NCBI GenBank assembly: GCA_000165345.1
Contig: CM000430.1
Span: forward strand, 224,001-288,000
Length of the DNA: 64,000 nt
Direction: 5' to 3'
Shown piece by piece: positions 19,881 to 30,842 of the stretch. The notes beneath the pieces are model-generated. The model was not told the DNA's origin. It made no database searches and saw only the letters and a list, made by a program, of their open reading frames with translations. The position numbers and the translations under genes were made by a program. Every line of letters begins with the position of its first letter. Positions within the stretch are counted from its first letter, which is position 1.

Positions 19881-22793
19881 CTACATAGAAAGTTGACTCT
19901 GAGAGTCTTGATCCGTGTAACTTCTTTTACAAATTATTTTGATATTATTTCCCATTGAGTCAGTAGTTTCTGATATTAAGTAGTGCTTTAAGAATGAGGA
20001 TGATTTTAAATACGATAATGTCACATTATGAGAAAGTTTGATTTTCTCTGCTATTGCTATAAACTCATCCAGATTTACGGTCAGATTGTCAACTTCTTCC
20101 ACAATAGTATTCATCTGCTCCTCATCCCAATTTCTGAGCTTAATCTTTTGAATCTTATCTGAGAATAATTGTAATAAGAGATTTTCCAGCACATCCACAA
20201 ATCCACTGCTCAATGCCTTATATCTAGAGAAGATCTTTGAAAGTCTCTGAGCTACTGCATACTTTTGACTCTGAATGAATGATTCGAGCACCATACCAAT
20301 CGCTCCATCAACATCCTTATTTGATACGACTGGACTCAGTCTCATTTTTGCTTGAGCCTCTGCAAGACGAATAATACTCTCTATATGTCTTACAGTCATT
20401 GAAATGCCTCCGGTTTGCTGAGCCTCTTGTCTAATTCTCGAGTAGAATGTTATAATCTTTTCTTTATCAACGCTTCTAATCTGTGGTTTACAGTATTTCC
20501 TTGCGTATCTAATATATTTGCAGAGTAGCTTTTGGTCGATTGGTGCAAATCTCTGATCACAATTTTGGCTTGTATCGCTTAGACCAGAAGAAAACTTCTT
20601 CTCTTGATCATCCTGGTCCAAGCCACTACTTCCATACATTTCCTGACTATTCATGTGAGACTGAACCACGAAATTCGCCAATAATTCGTCTTTCATTGGA
20701 TGAACCTCGTCCTTCAAAACCGCTAAAACATCAAAACGAGAAATAATAGGATCTGTCAAATCTACATTATCCTTAAATGTCAAGCTGGAGTCATATTTGC
20801 CAAATATTGGGTTTGCTGCTGCAATAATACTGCACCTTGCACGTAGTGTTGTCACAATTCCTGCCTTTGAAATTGAAATACTCTGTTGTTCCATTGCTTC
20901 GTGAATAGAAACTCTATCTTTATCGCTCATTTTGTCAAACTCATCAATCAAACAGATACCTTCATCAGCAAGAACTAATGCACCTCCTTCGAGTGTCCAC
21001 TCACCAGAAATAGGATCTCTTCTAACTGAAGCAGTCAACCCAACAGCTGATGCTCCTTTACCTGATGTGTAAATTGTTCTGTCAAAACTCTTTTCTACAT
21101 ATTTGAGGAACTGACTCTTTGCAAGCCCAGGATCACCAACAATTAAGACATTAATATCACCTCTAATATGGTGGTGTTTACCTTCCACTTGCTTTCTAAC
21201 CCCAGAAAATAATGAACAAGCAATGGCTGTCTTAATGTGATTGTGGCCATAAATTGATGGTGCAATTGATGAAACAATCTTCTCTTTTATATCAGGATCT
21301 CTGGATAACTCTTTAATTTTTTTGTAGTCCTCATCAGTGAGATCATCTTTTCTAAGCGCATCATGCTTCTTCTCAATATTATTGCAGAGTATTTGGGTTC
21401 CCAAAATTGGGAATCCAGATTTGATGTTTAACTTTTGGTCCCTAAATGTTCTGTAAATTCCAGTAACAATAATTTCTTCACCTGGACAGGCATAATCTAC
21501 TAAGTCTCCACTAACAATGATTTCTCTGGACCTCGGAACTCTTCCAGCTGGAACACTACCAGGGGATTCTTGAATAGTAAGCTTTTGATAGTTTTCGTAA
21601 ATTGTCTTTTCTCTGTTAATTACAAAGGGTCCCTTGCTCTGGCAATCGGTACATTTTCCAATATTCTTCATTATTGAATTGCTTTCGCTCAAAGATCCAC
21701 TTTCAAACAATGGATTGTCTTCATAAGGCCCTAAATTATCGCAGCCACACTTTACACATTCCATATATAGAGATTTAAACTTAGTCAAAATGTCAGTTCT
21801 CCTAGTAATAATTCCAGAAACCCTGATTAACTGGTTTAACCATTCTACTCTTAAATCTCTGAGTTGATCAATATAGTCTAGACCAATCAATCTTACCATA
21901 ATGGACTTTCCAGAATATAAACTATGGTACATAGATGTTACGACCTCATATGCACATTGGTTAAAACATTCAATTACTGGAGTAGGATAAAGGTTCAAAT
22001 AGTCCCAGAGTTTGTAACAAAAAGTAAAAATGTGCTTAACATCCACATACAAGCTGGTTTTTTCTTCTTGTACCATTTCTTCGATTTTTTTAATATAATA
22101 GAGATCTTCAAAAGAGATATTTCTGCCTTCTAATTTGTTATCACCATTTGAAATAGTTTTGTACATTGAGGAGAGTTTGAAGTCTTGTAGAAATACCTTA
22201 AATAGACGTCGAATGATATTTTCTACATGCTCACTCCATTCAGACTGCTCAGCCAATGGCAAATCTTGAATTAGTTCATTAATATCAACAATGGCGCCTC
22301 CTCTGGCTGCCTCGTCTGCCATCTCTCTAAAGGCTTCTCTACGTTTCCTTCTCTTTTCAATCTCACCTTCATCGCCATCATCTGCATTAAATGTGGAAAT
22401 TCCATATTTGTGGTGAATTTCCGTCTGCTTTCCCTGGGATTTCTCAGATTTCATTCTATCAAGAGCTAAATCTGCTCTTCTTTTTGCCTCAATATCATCT
22501 TCATAGTGAGTATCATCCAACATCTCAGGGTCATATTTATCTAATTCAGGGTTCTTATTATAATCATTCATGAAGTTGTCTCCATACAAATCTTCTCCAA
22601 GCTCCTCCTCTGACTCATTTGCAATCTCTTCCTCATACACTACTTCATCAACCGCTACCTCTTCTGCCTCACTGTAGTCACTAGGATCTTGTGTTAATAA
22701 AATGTTTGCAATGCCATTGCTTGAAGAATTATTTCCATCATGTGAATTCTGTGACGACTCATCGTCATCATGAACTCTATAGTTGCTACTCAT
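19881..22793 (-). CDS. MCM2: DNA replication licensing factor MCM2
   Basis: 970 aa. Acidic N-terminal region, C4 zinc finger (CVKCGC…CTDCQSKG), MCM box with Walker A GDPGLAKSQFLKYVEK (the MCM2-type GDPG.AKSQFLKYV), Walker B DEFDKM and arginine finger SRFD. The motif SIAPSIYGH is MCM2-like. Confidence 0.85.
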   Translation of the reverse strand: MSSNYRVHDDDESSQNSHDGNNSSSNGIANILLTQDPSDYSEAEEVAVDEVVYEEEIANESEEELGEDLYGDNFMNDYNKNPELDKYDPEMLDDTHYEDDIEAKRRADLALDRMKSEKSQGKQTEIHHKYGISTFNADDGDEGEIEKRRKRREAFREMADEAARGGAIVDINELIQDLPLAEQSEWSEHVENIIRRLFKVFLQDFKLSSMYKTISNGDNKLEGRNISFEDLYYIKKIEEMVQEEKTSLYVDVKHIFTFCYKLWDYLNLYPTPVIECFNQCAYEVVTSMYHSLYSGKSIMVRLIGLDYIDQLRDLRVEWLNQLIRVSGIITRRTDILTKFKSLYMECVKCGCDNLGPYEDNPLFESGSLSESNSIMKNIGKCTDCQSKGPFVINREKTIYENYQKLTIQESPGSVPAGRVPRSREIIVSGDLVDYACPGEEIIVTGIYRTFRDQKLNIKSGFPILGTQILCNNIEKKHDALRKDDLTDEDYKKIKELSRDPDIKEKIVSSIAPSIYGHNHIKTAIACSLFSGVRKQVEGKHHHIRGDINVLIVGDPGLAKSQFLKYVEKSFDRTIYTSGKGASAVGLTASVRRDPISGEWTLEGGALVLADEGICLIDEFDKMSDKDRVSIHEAMEQQSISISKAGIVTTLRARCSIIAAANPIFGKYDSSLTFKDNVDLTDPIISRFDVLAVLKDEVHPMKDELLANFVVQSHMNSQEMYGSSGLDQDDQEKKFSSGLSDTSQNCDQRFAPIDQKLLCKYIRYARKYCKPQIRSVDKEKIITFYSRIRQEAQQTGGISMTVRHIESIIRLAEAQAKMRLSPVVSNKDVDGAIGMVLESFIQSQKYAVAQRLSKIFSRYKALSSGFVDVLENLLLQLFSDKIQKIKLRNWDEEQMNTIVEEVDNLTVNLDEFIAIAEKIKLSHNVTLSYLKSSSFLKHYLISETTDSMGNNIKIICKRSYTDQDSQSQLSM

Positions 22794-22897
22794 GATGAAA
22801 AGTCTAGTAATTATTTAAAATTGAAGCAACAATACTATTCAGCCTCTAGTGTTTAGTTTCTTTCATTAGCAACTTACGGAAAAACAGTGTCTGCATG

Positions 22898-22912
22898 TTT
22901 GCCGCCAAAATT
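22898..22912. promoter_or_regulatory. E2F-like motif TTTGCCGCCAAAATT, about 105 bp upstream of MCM2, in the spacer shared with divergent PGS1
   Basis: Seen in sequence. MCM genes are classical E2F targets in other eukaryotes. Confidence 0.45.
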
Positions 22913-23277
22913 GTGGGGAACTTTACTTACTAAAGAGTTCAATTGCAGCAGCTTAAATAAAACAAAAAACTGCACTAATGGAATAATTAAACCATTTGAT
23001 TTCTAATTTTTGAGCAACTTTATAACATAATTCGTTACTGAACCTAAAGCATAGTAAATATAAATTACTCATTAGTATTAAATAGGTGCAAAATTTGTAA
23101 ATGCGTACAGTACTCTGATTAATTAATTAAAAAAAGACGTTCTTTCTTAAAAGATATCTTTTTTATAACTTTTTCCATTCTTATTGTTTATTTTAATTTA
23201 TTTATTCTATTTTTCAGTTGTCAATTAGGAGCCAACAGAATTTAAGAGGGAAATTTTCGGTTTTAGAGAAAATAACC

Positions 23278-24807
23278 ATGTCTGAAAAAATTATAGGCAA
23301 GGTTTTCAGGGTCAAAGATGATCAAATTCATATCTTGAATTCTCCATCATCATTTAAAGACTCACTTAACTCTATATTACTCAATGCTAAAAATAGGATA
23401 TATATTTCATCTTTATATACGGACAATGAAAATGAGGTAAGGGGAAAATTTTCAAATAGAATTCCCACTGAGTCATAGAATTTCAATTTATTATTAACTC
23501 ATTAATTTGTATCTCTATAGATTACCAAAACACTAAGAAATGTGGCTGAAAAATTAGAGAATAGTAGTGCTAGAGATTTAAAGATTAAAATAATTTTAGA
23601 TTATAATAGAATGACAAGAAAAGAAAATATTAACCCATTTATTAAGGCACTCAATAAATATCCAAACTCAGTAGTAATTTCACTCTGCAAAATTCCAATA
23701 GTTAATTATTCAGGTAATTTACTTGGACGAGCTACATGGAACGTGATAAATATTTTTTCAAAATACAAGAGAGTATCGTTTCTAAAGGAGGTGCTTGGAG
23801 TATACCACATAAAAATATTTATGGCAGATGACAACATAATTATCACCAGTGCAAATTTGAATTCTGAGTACCTTTTAAATAAACAAGATAGATACATAAT
23901 GATTACAGGTGCAAAGGAAATATGCGACTATTTCGAACAATCATTAGATTTAATATCAGAATACTCGCATAGAGTTTTGTCTGAGGGAGAAATACAAAAA
24001 CCTAAAAAACTCCATTTTAACGAATTAAAAAGAGATTTAATGGAGTTAAGTAGTGATGCAGACTTTCATGATAAAATAGCATCCACAATTAAGAAAAAGT
24101 TGAACAATGAAGATGCTTCTGATGATTGTGTACTGGCATCTTATTTTCAATGTTCTCCAATAAATATCAAAGCTGAAGAGCAAATCATTACAAATATTTC
24201 CCAACTTTGCGATAAAAAAAACACAGATATTTTTCTGATCGCTCCTTACCTAAATCTTCCCAAATACTTTATCTCACTGCTTAAAAATAGAGAGAGATCA
24301 GTAAATATAGTATCTGGAGTTCCTATCACGAAATGTGATAAAATGATTAAGAAACACAATAAACCGTCATTGGAAAGAATCAGAACTCTAGTTCTTCCAA
24401 AACTATACACTTACATAAATTACTTATTTATAAATCAGCTTAGGACGCAAGGAAATGGAATTATTAATTATTTCGAATATAAAAAGCCAAATTGGTCATT
24501 CCATTTTAAAGGTATTTATTTTTTTAGAAATATTAGCAAATCTAACCCTTGTGGCTCGAATATGCAAAATCAAGGGCAAATCATGGCTACTACATTTGGA
24601 AGTTCTAACTACAATTATAGAAGTACTAATAAGGATTTTGAGTGTTCATTTGTCCTAATACCCAATCAAAATAAAATTCTTGAAAAATCTTTAAATAATG
24701 AATTGACAAATATAATGAACACATCTGTAAAACAATGCGCGCCAAAAATCACTTGGAGACGTTTATTAATTTTGAAAGTAGTCAAAATATTTCAAGAATA
24801 TTTGTAG
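23278..24807 (+). CDS. PGS1: CDP-diacylglycerol--glycerol-3-phosphate 3-phosphatidyltransferase (PGP synthase, PLD superfamily), two exons: join(23278..23436, 23521..24807), intron 23437..23520
   Basis: Two ORF-track pieces (23218..23478, a TTG start with the true ATG at 23278, and 23542..24807, a GTG pseudo-start) share a frame across a GTAAGG…TCTCTATAG intron. The spliced N-terminus (IHILNSPSSFKDSLNSILLNAKNRIYISSLYTDNENE|ITKTLRN) matches yeast Pgs1 (IDIIESPSQFYDLLKTKILNSQNRIFIASLYLGKSETEL). It carries an HKD motif HIKIFMADDNIIITSANLN (H-x-K-x4-D…GSxN). Confidence 0.75.
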
Positions 24808-24860
24808 CAGAGAAGACTGGAGACAATATAGATAGATTTTCCGCTGCTTAAGAAAATCTG

Positions 24861-24881
24861 ATATATATATATATATATATA
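24861..24881. repeat. (AT)10 dinucleotide microsatellite just upstream of the MOCS3/Uba4 start
   Basis: Direct reading: atatatatatatatatatata. Confidence 0.9.
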
Positions 24882-24898
24882 GGTTTAGTTTGTTGAAA

Positions 24899-26386
24899 AT
24901 GGAAATTATTGATCAAAACTGGGCCACTTTTGGATTTTACTTTTTATCAGTTGTAATATGCACCCTTTCAACTATAGTATTTTTCCTTTGGAAATCTGAT
25001 GGTGAAGTAAACACAAAAAAAGATATTTTTGAGACAATTAACTCTCCTTCTCTATCCGAAGAAAATGTTATTAGATATTCCAGACAAATTGCACTTAAAG
25101 AAGTTGGAGTATCTGGCCAAGTAAAATTAAAGAATGCAAAGGTATTAGTAATTGGTGCTGGCGGATTAGGTAGCCCAATTTTGCTTTATCTTACTGGAGC
25201 TGGAATTGGAGTTATTGGAGTTGTTGATCATGATACAGTTTCAACTAGTAATTTACATCGCCAAATTATTCATTCCACAGATAAAAACCATATGAGCAAA
25301 TCAATTAGTGCTAAACAATCATGTAATTCTCTTAATCCAAATACCCGAATTATCACATATCAAGAGGCTCTATCTATTGATCTAGTTAAGGAAATATTTC
25401 CACTCTATGATGTAATTGTAGATGCTACTGATAATTGTAGAAGTAGATATTTAATCAATGATGCAGCAGTATATTATAAAAAGCCTGTAGTTTCTGGAGC
25501 CGCACTGAAATGGCAGGGCCACGTCACTGTATATAACTATTCTAACGGCCCATGTTACAGATGTATTGCACCTAGAGAAGATAATGGAAAGGTTGATGGT
25601 ACTCCTGGAGGTGCAGAAATTTTTGGTGTATTAGGAATGATGGTTGGCGTTATTGGCTGTTTACAATCTACTGAAGTCATTAAAGTAATACTTAATGACT
25701 TTGGAAAGGGTGATAATAGTGGAATTGACTCTTCTAATCACCTTCCTGTTTTATCTGGGAAAATGCTCTTTTATAACTCATTAAGTAATGAACATATGGT
25801 ACGACTTGTTAGAATTAGAGATAAAAATAGCGAATGTAAAACATGTGGTAGTAATCCTATCCCATTCTTTAAGGCTGGAATTGATAGCTATAAAGTATTT
25901 AAGGGAATGGAAATGGCTAAAGACTCGTTCTACCCAATTCCAAGCTCAAATATTCTGAGCTCCGATAATTTTGAAGAAAAAATGAATCTTGCAAGAAAAT
26001 CAAACATTGATATCAAAATCTTTGACGTAAGACCAAAGAATCTTTATGATATTTCACATATTAAAGGCTCCAAGAATGTATTAGAGGACGACGTCATTAA
26101 GGGCCTTGCAAGCTTAGGCGTCCATACTAACTCTAAGACCGGTGAGATTATTAACTGGCCAAAGGATAAAAATGATCAAATCAAACAATTCTTGGTTGAA
26201 TACTTTCAAATTAATGAAAACTGTATTATTTTAGTACTCTGCTTAAATGGGGTTAGATCTTACTATATTTCTACAGTTATTCAGCAATGCTTTGATAAAC
26301 TAAATATGAAAGTATCAAACTACTACCTGAATGGAGGAATTTCATCTATTAGAAGCAAATTACTCAAAAATTTCCCAAATTTATAG
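24899..26386 (+). CDS. Adenylyltransferase and sulfurtransferase MOCS3/Uba4 (URM1/MOCS2A activating, E1-like) with C-terminal rhodanese domain
   Basis: The ORF-track start at 24890 is a TTG; the first ATG is 24899. ThiF/MoeB fold (VLVIGAGGLGSPILLYLTGAGIGVIGVVDHDTVSTSNLHRQIIH), zinc-binding CxxC pairs (CYRC…CKTC) and a C-terminal rhodanese module (IKIFDVRPKNLYDISHIKGSKNV…VLCLNGVRS with an active-site Cys). There is an unusual hydrophobic N-terminal segment (FGFYFLSVVICTLSTIVFFLW). Confidence 0.85.
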   Translation: MEIIDQNWATFGFYFLSVVICTLSTIVFFLWKSDGEVNTKKDIFETINSPSLSEENVIRYSRQIALKEVGVSGQVKLKNAKVLVIGAGGLGSPILLYLTGAGIGVIGVVDHDTVSTSNLHRQIIHSTDKNHMSKSISAKQSCNSLNPNTRIITYQEALSIDLVKEIFPLYDVIVDATDNCRSRYLINDAAVYYKKPVVSGAALKWQGHVTVYNYSNGPCYRCIAPREDNGKVDGTPGGAEIFGVLGMMVGVIGCLQSTEVIKVILNDFGKGDNSGIDSSNHLPVLSGKMLFYNSLSNEHMVRLVRIRDKNSECKTCGSNPIPFFKAGIDSYKVFKGMEMAKDSFYPIPSSNILSSDNFEEKMNLARKSNIDIKIFDVRPKNLYDISHIKGSKNVLEDDVIKGLASLGVHTNSKTGEIINWPKDKNDQIKQFLVEYFQINENCIILVLCLNGVRSYYISTVIQQCFDKLNMKVSNYYLNGGISSIRSKLLKNFPNL

Positions 26387-26407
26387 AAACTTATTTATAC
26401 TTAATTT

Positions 26408-28453
26408 TCAAACCTGAAAAACAAATATCACATTTTTTGGAATAATTGATTCAGGTTTTCCTATACTTTTTAGTGACATAGTTATATGTCCATCTATATA
26501 ATTATTATATTTCTTATAACAGTGATTCAGATACTTGAATAAAACTATATATGAATAATAAAAGTCGGCTTGATCATTTGTATTGTGATCTTGATTTACT
26601 AATTTACCTCTTAATTCACCAATATGTTGGTTATATAACCTTTTAACAAAATCTATTAAGAATAGCAAAACAGTCTTAATATTATTTTTTTGCGATTTAC
26701 TTATATTTTTTATTACTGTTGAAAATATTTCGGTGAATCTAATTGAATTAATATATCTTGGTGAGTTTTTAACTATTCTTGGAGAAAATGTATTTAGAAA
26801 AGGCAGTTCAATATTAGAGTTAATCGATACTTGATATAATTCCGAGTTAATTATTTCGCTTGGAATTTGACCAAAAAGATAAATAAACTTGGTCAGATTA
26901 TTTGCTGTGTGCAGTTTATCAAAATTTTCAAAAAACGTACAAATACCTTTAGAACCTGTTTCTAACTTAAAGTGTTTTTTAATGTATGGATCACATAATA
27001 AATTTGAGACTAGCTGATAGTAAACTGCCTTGCTGGCATCATTTCCCAAGTCAATACTTGCAATATTACTGATTAAGTTAAATAAATTTTGTGAAAATAT
27101 GGTCTTTTCAGAAAAAGCACTAATTCTTGGAAGTACACTTCTTTCCAAGGCTAAAGAATATAAAACTGAATCTTCGGTAATCACATGAATTATATCATCT
27201 GATAAAACTTGCAAAAATTGGTGTATGAATACTATCTCTCGTGAATAGTCATATATAATTTCATCTTTATGAACAAAATTTGAAATTAAGTAGTAACTTA
27301 AAGTAATACTTTGAATTTTATTATAGTATGAAACATTTTTAGAAATAAGTGGAATTAATATTTGAAACTCCCAAATTAATGTTCTCACATTCTTCCACTT
27401 GTCTTCAATTGCTTGAGTTGGTAAACTCTCGTAAATATATTCAATTCTATCTTTGCCTAATAATGAATGCCATCTGCTACAAATATAATGCATTATCTTG
27501 TGATGTTGAAATGTATTTGAGATAATTAGCTTTATAACTTTCTCGAAAGTAGATAATTCTCTAATATAAGCAGTAATAATAAAAAGTATTTCACATTTTA
27601 AGTATATAGAAGGAAGATTTTTTGTTTCAACAATTTCAACAATCAGACGTTCTTCAGATCCAATGCTTGAATATTCATCCCAAAGATTAAAAATAAAATG
27701 ACAGTTATTAATACACAATACTTTGTCATTTCCAGAACCTTTATCATCAAAAGTTAGCATATTCAATACAGCACATGTTTTTTGTTCTAATGTATTTAGC
27801 AGATTAATTTCACTTTCAAGCTTTGAAATGTATTTCTTATCCTTATTTTTTGTAGAATGTATATTTCTAATTTCTTCAATTGGTTTATCACAATATTTCT
27901 TATCTTGAATAAGTCTTAGAAACCTAAATCTCGAAGCAAGTTTAATTTCATCCAAAAGCGTTAATTTTTCTATAATATGATCAAAAATCTGATTTTTGAT
28001 CATCTTTGATTTTGTAAATATCAGAAATGGTAATAATAAGCAAGATAGAAAGGATAAGAGATCTTGAGAGTTCTCTATATTGCAATACTGGCAAAAATGT
28101 TCAACAAAAGAACTTTCAAGCTGAGCAATTCTTGCGCATATTCCTATAGAAATTATCCAATTTTTTTTTGTTAAGAAAAAAAGTTGTGGCCTTATATACT
28201 CCAAATGCCCATTATATGTATTTAAGTTGTTGCTGCAAGCAATTACTCTACTAGAATATGACTTTAATATTGTAATTAAAATCTTGACATCGTTTATTGC
28301 ATTGAATAATCTACAAACAACTTCTATTAAAGAATAATAATTTGCTTCTGTACAGATAAACTCTTCTGATACATTTTTTTGTACCTTTACAAGCTCAATT
28401 TCTATCTTTGATTCAACGCCAAGGCATAACTTGTGATTTATCCCAAAATTCAT
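26408..28453 (-). CDS. Hypothetical protein, large helical, no recognisable domain
   Basis: 681-aa ORF with ATG start, Leu/Ile/Asn-rich. No catalytic or binding motif recognised. Confidence 0.5.
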   Translation of the reverse strand: MNFGINHKLCLGVESKIEIELVKVQKNVSEEFICTEANYYSLIEVVCRLFNAINDVKILITILKSYSSRVIACSNNLNTYNGHLEYIRPQLFFLTKKNWIISIGICARIAQLESSFVEHFCQYCNIENSQDLLSFLSCLLLPFLIFTKSKMIKNQIFDHIIEKLTLLDEIKLASRFRFLRLIQDKKYCDKPIEEIRNIHSTKNKDKKYISKLESEINLLNTLEQKTCAVLNMLTFDDKGSGNDKVLCINNCHFIFNLWDEYSSIGSEERLIVEIVETKNLPSIYLKCEILFIITAYIRELSTFEKVIKLIISNTFQHHKIMHYICSRWHSLLGKDRIEYIYESLPTQAIEDKWKNVRTLIWEFQILIPLISKNVSYYNKIQSITLSYYLISNFVHKDEIIYDYSREIVFIHQFLQVLSDDIIHVITEDSVLYSLALERSVLPRISAFSEKTIFSQNLFNLISNIASIDLGNDASKAVYYQLVSNLLCDPYIKKHFKLETGSKGICTFFENFDKLHTANNLTKFIYLFGQIPSEIINSELYQVSINSNIELPFLNTFSPRIVKNSPRYINSIRFTEIFSTVIKNISKSQKNNIKTVLLFLIDFVKRLYNQHIGELRGKLVNQDHNTNDQADFYYSYIVLFKYLNHCYKKYNNYIDGHITMSLKSIGKPESIIPKNVIFVFQV

Positions 28454-28573
28454 TATTAATATTTACTAACACAAATTGCGGTAAAATTTCTGGTCAAAAA
28501 ATTTTAAGACAAACTGAAATAAAAATTAGCATAAAAAAAAGTTAAATTATTAATTAGCGTTAAGTTAATCCAA

Positions 28574-29542
28574 CTAGCTACTTTCAATTGTGAATCCAAT
28601 AATTATAGGCAGTAATACTACGAGAATTAGTATAAATATACACAAAATAATCCAAAGCATCTTTTTCTGAGTTTTCTTTTGATACTTTCTGGCGGAAATT
28701 AATTCAATATCTGCCTTTTCAGTGTAATCTTTTGCAGTTGAAACGGAAAATTCAATATGATCCAACATTTCACCCTGCTCGTTAATCAATGATGCTAATT
28801 CAATAAATAGTTGCTGAAGCTCTTCAACACTTTTCTCAAGCTTTCTAATATCTCTATATCTATCTTGTAATTCAGTTATTGCATTTCCAATAGTTTCATG
28901 TGATCCACTCAATTTCATTTTTATTAGTTGCGTTGTAGTTATCTTACCTTCTTCTTCTGCAATGGACTCAATAGCACTTTGCGTTGCATCTGGATAAACA
29001 ATTTTGATTTGCCTAAAGATTTTATTTCTCATCTCAGTTTTGTACTCGGATTGCACGGACTGAAACTCATATATAGTTTCCCTAAATCTTTTTGAAATAG
29101 TTTGGAGTAAGTTCTCTCTAATCATAATTTCAGTAGCTTCTTTCTTGCTTGCCTTCTTTTTAAGATTTTCATTTTGGATCCTCAAATATTCTATATTATT
29201 CTTTAGCTCCAGAGTCTTTTCATGAGTCTCATCCAGAATCTTAGCTAAATTTTCAGATATTTCCTCGTCCTTGCTTGAACTCGTAGTTAGCAATGCACGT
29301 TGTTTATTAATCCTAATTCCATCAATCATCTTATTTATATAACCAAGAGAAACTCCAATCGAGCGAATCTCACTGTAATAACTGGACATTTCTTCATCGT
29401 TTTTTGAGTTGCCATTTTGCTCATTTACGCCTTGGTCCACACCTACTTGAGCAACACCCTTTTCAGCATTGCTAATTGCAGCAGAGAATTCTGGGTGTTT
29501 TGCAACTGCATATTTCCTAAGATCATAGAGTAGGTCAATCAT
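28574..29542 (-). CDS. Syntaxin (Qa-SNARE), tail-anchored
   Basis: 322 aa. N-terminal helical Habc-like region, a SNARE motif with the central Gln (RDIRKLEKSVEELQQLFIELASLINEQGEMLDHIEF) and a C-terminal TM anchor (MLWIILCIFILILVVLLPIIIGF). Confidence 0.8.
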   Translation of the reverse strand: MIDLLYDLRKYAVAKHPEFSAAISNAEKGVAQVGVDQGVNEQNGNSKNDEEMSSYYSEIRSIGVSLGYINKMIDGIRINKQRALLTTSSSKDEEISENLAKILDETHEKTLELKNNIEYLRIQNENLKKKASKKEATEIMIRENLLQTISKRFRETIYEFQSVQSEYKTEMRNKIFRQIKIVYPDATQSAIESIAEEEGKITTTQLIKMKLSGSHETIGNAITELQDRYRDIRKLEKSVEELQQLFIELASLINEQGEMLDHIEFSVSTAKDYTEKADIELISARKYQKKTQKKMLWIILCIFILILVVLLPIIIGFTIESS

Positions 29543-29643
29543 GTATGTAATCTCACATCCGAATATTAAATGAAATTCAGTCTCATTGCTACTTTTTATT
29601 CTTGATTTAATTTATCAACTTTTTTCATTTACAAATATGTGCC

Positions 29644-29657
29644 ACGTGGCGCCAAAT
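29644..29657. promoter_or_regulatory. CACGTG palindrome overlapping the E2F-like motif GTGGCGCCAAAT, about 100 bp upstream of syntaxin
   Basis: Seen in sequence: gccacgtggcgccaaat. Confidence 0.35.
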
Positions 29658-30591
29658 CACAAATATTTATTTAATTGCACAGATCCAAATAAATTGTATG
29701 ATATTTACTATATAACGGACAGGAAAAAACACATAAGTTTGCTAAGATAATTCCCACAATTAAAATACCTTGTGAAAATTTTACTGTAAACTAATTTAAT
29801 CTAAACCTTAATTTTGAACCGCTCTAGGCTTCTTCTGCCTCAATTAACAATGATTGCTCAATGTTTGACTATAGATAGGACCTATGCTTAAAGCAATTAA
29901 GACTTGTATTCCAAGTTTTACAATACTTGACTCATTCCCTACCTCCAAATCATAATGCTACAATTTATATATTTCAAATAATAACTATTTAATACAATGC
30001 GATTTTGATGACAAAAATAACGTATTTTTTTCTAATCCTATAGAATGTATTTAGCATCGAATTCTATTCTTAAATGATTTGAATTATGATTCATTCCAAT
30101 AATTGAGCTTTTACATTCAAACTATTAATCAAGCGCACTCAAAACTACCTTCTCGTTTTAAGTCGTAATACAGCAGCTTGAATCAAGATCCAGCACTATA
30201 TGTAGAAATATAACTCATTTATACATATTTGTGAAGAATTTATTACTTTTTACTTGAATTTTTCCCGTTTAAAATACTCAAAATTCTAATCAAGATCAAT
30301 AGTAAAAAAAGGTGATAAACTCTAAGCTAAGGAAAATTTTATTAACAAATTATATGCAATAATAAATTGCTTTAGAAATGCTTACGAGCAGGAAGCTGCA
30401 AATTCACGTTAATATTAAATCTTATATTCTAATGAAAAATTTATTCGAGGAAAAATGGGAGCAAGATCAATTGCCGGCAAATCACTTTAATTTATTAAAC
30501 ATAAATATTATGTACAATTTTTATATTTATAACTGTATCTTTTCCTATTATTTTAATTAAAGATAAATTAACTTTTGAAATGTGTCTTGAA

Positions 30592-30613
30592 ATTGGGCGC
30601 CAAATCGCCAATT
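30592..30613. promoter_or_regulatory. E2F-like motif ATTGGGCGCCAAATCGCCAATT, about 230 bp upstream of the C2H2 zinc-finger gene
   Basis: Seen in sequence. A GGCGCC core is followed by a second CGCCAA half-site. Confidence 0.4.
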
Positions 30614-30842
30614 CCAGTTTTTTATATAGTCAAATATATATATAAAGTCGCTGGAGTGGAGCGAATAATTAAAATATTGTGGTTATAGGACGCCGCCAAT
30701 AATTAATAAATAATTATTACTTTTTTCCTTTCCAGTTGAAATTAAACGAGTTTATGTAAGCGGTTTGCTTTGTGATTAAACAGTTGAGTAAAAGTTGGCA
30801 ACATTAGTAGAATCAAATAATATTCGTTATTTATGAAGAGTA

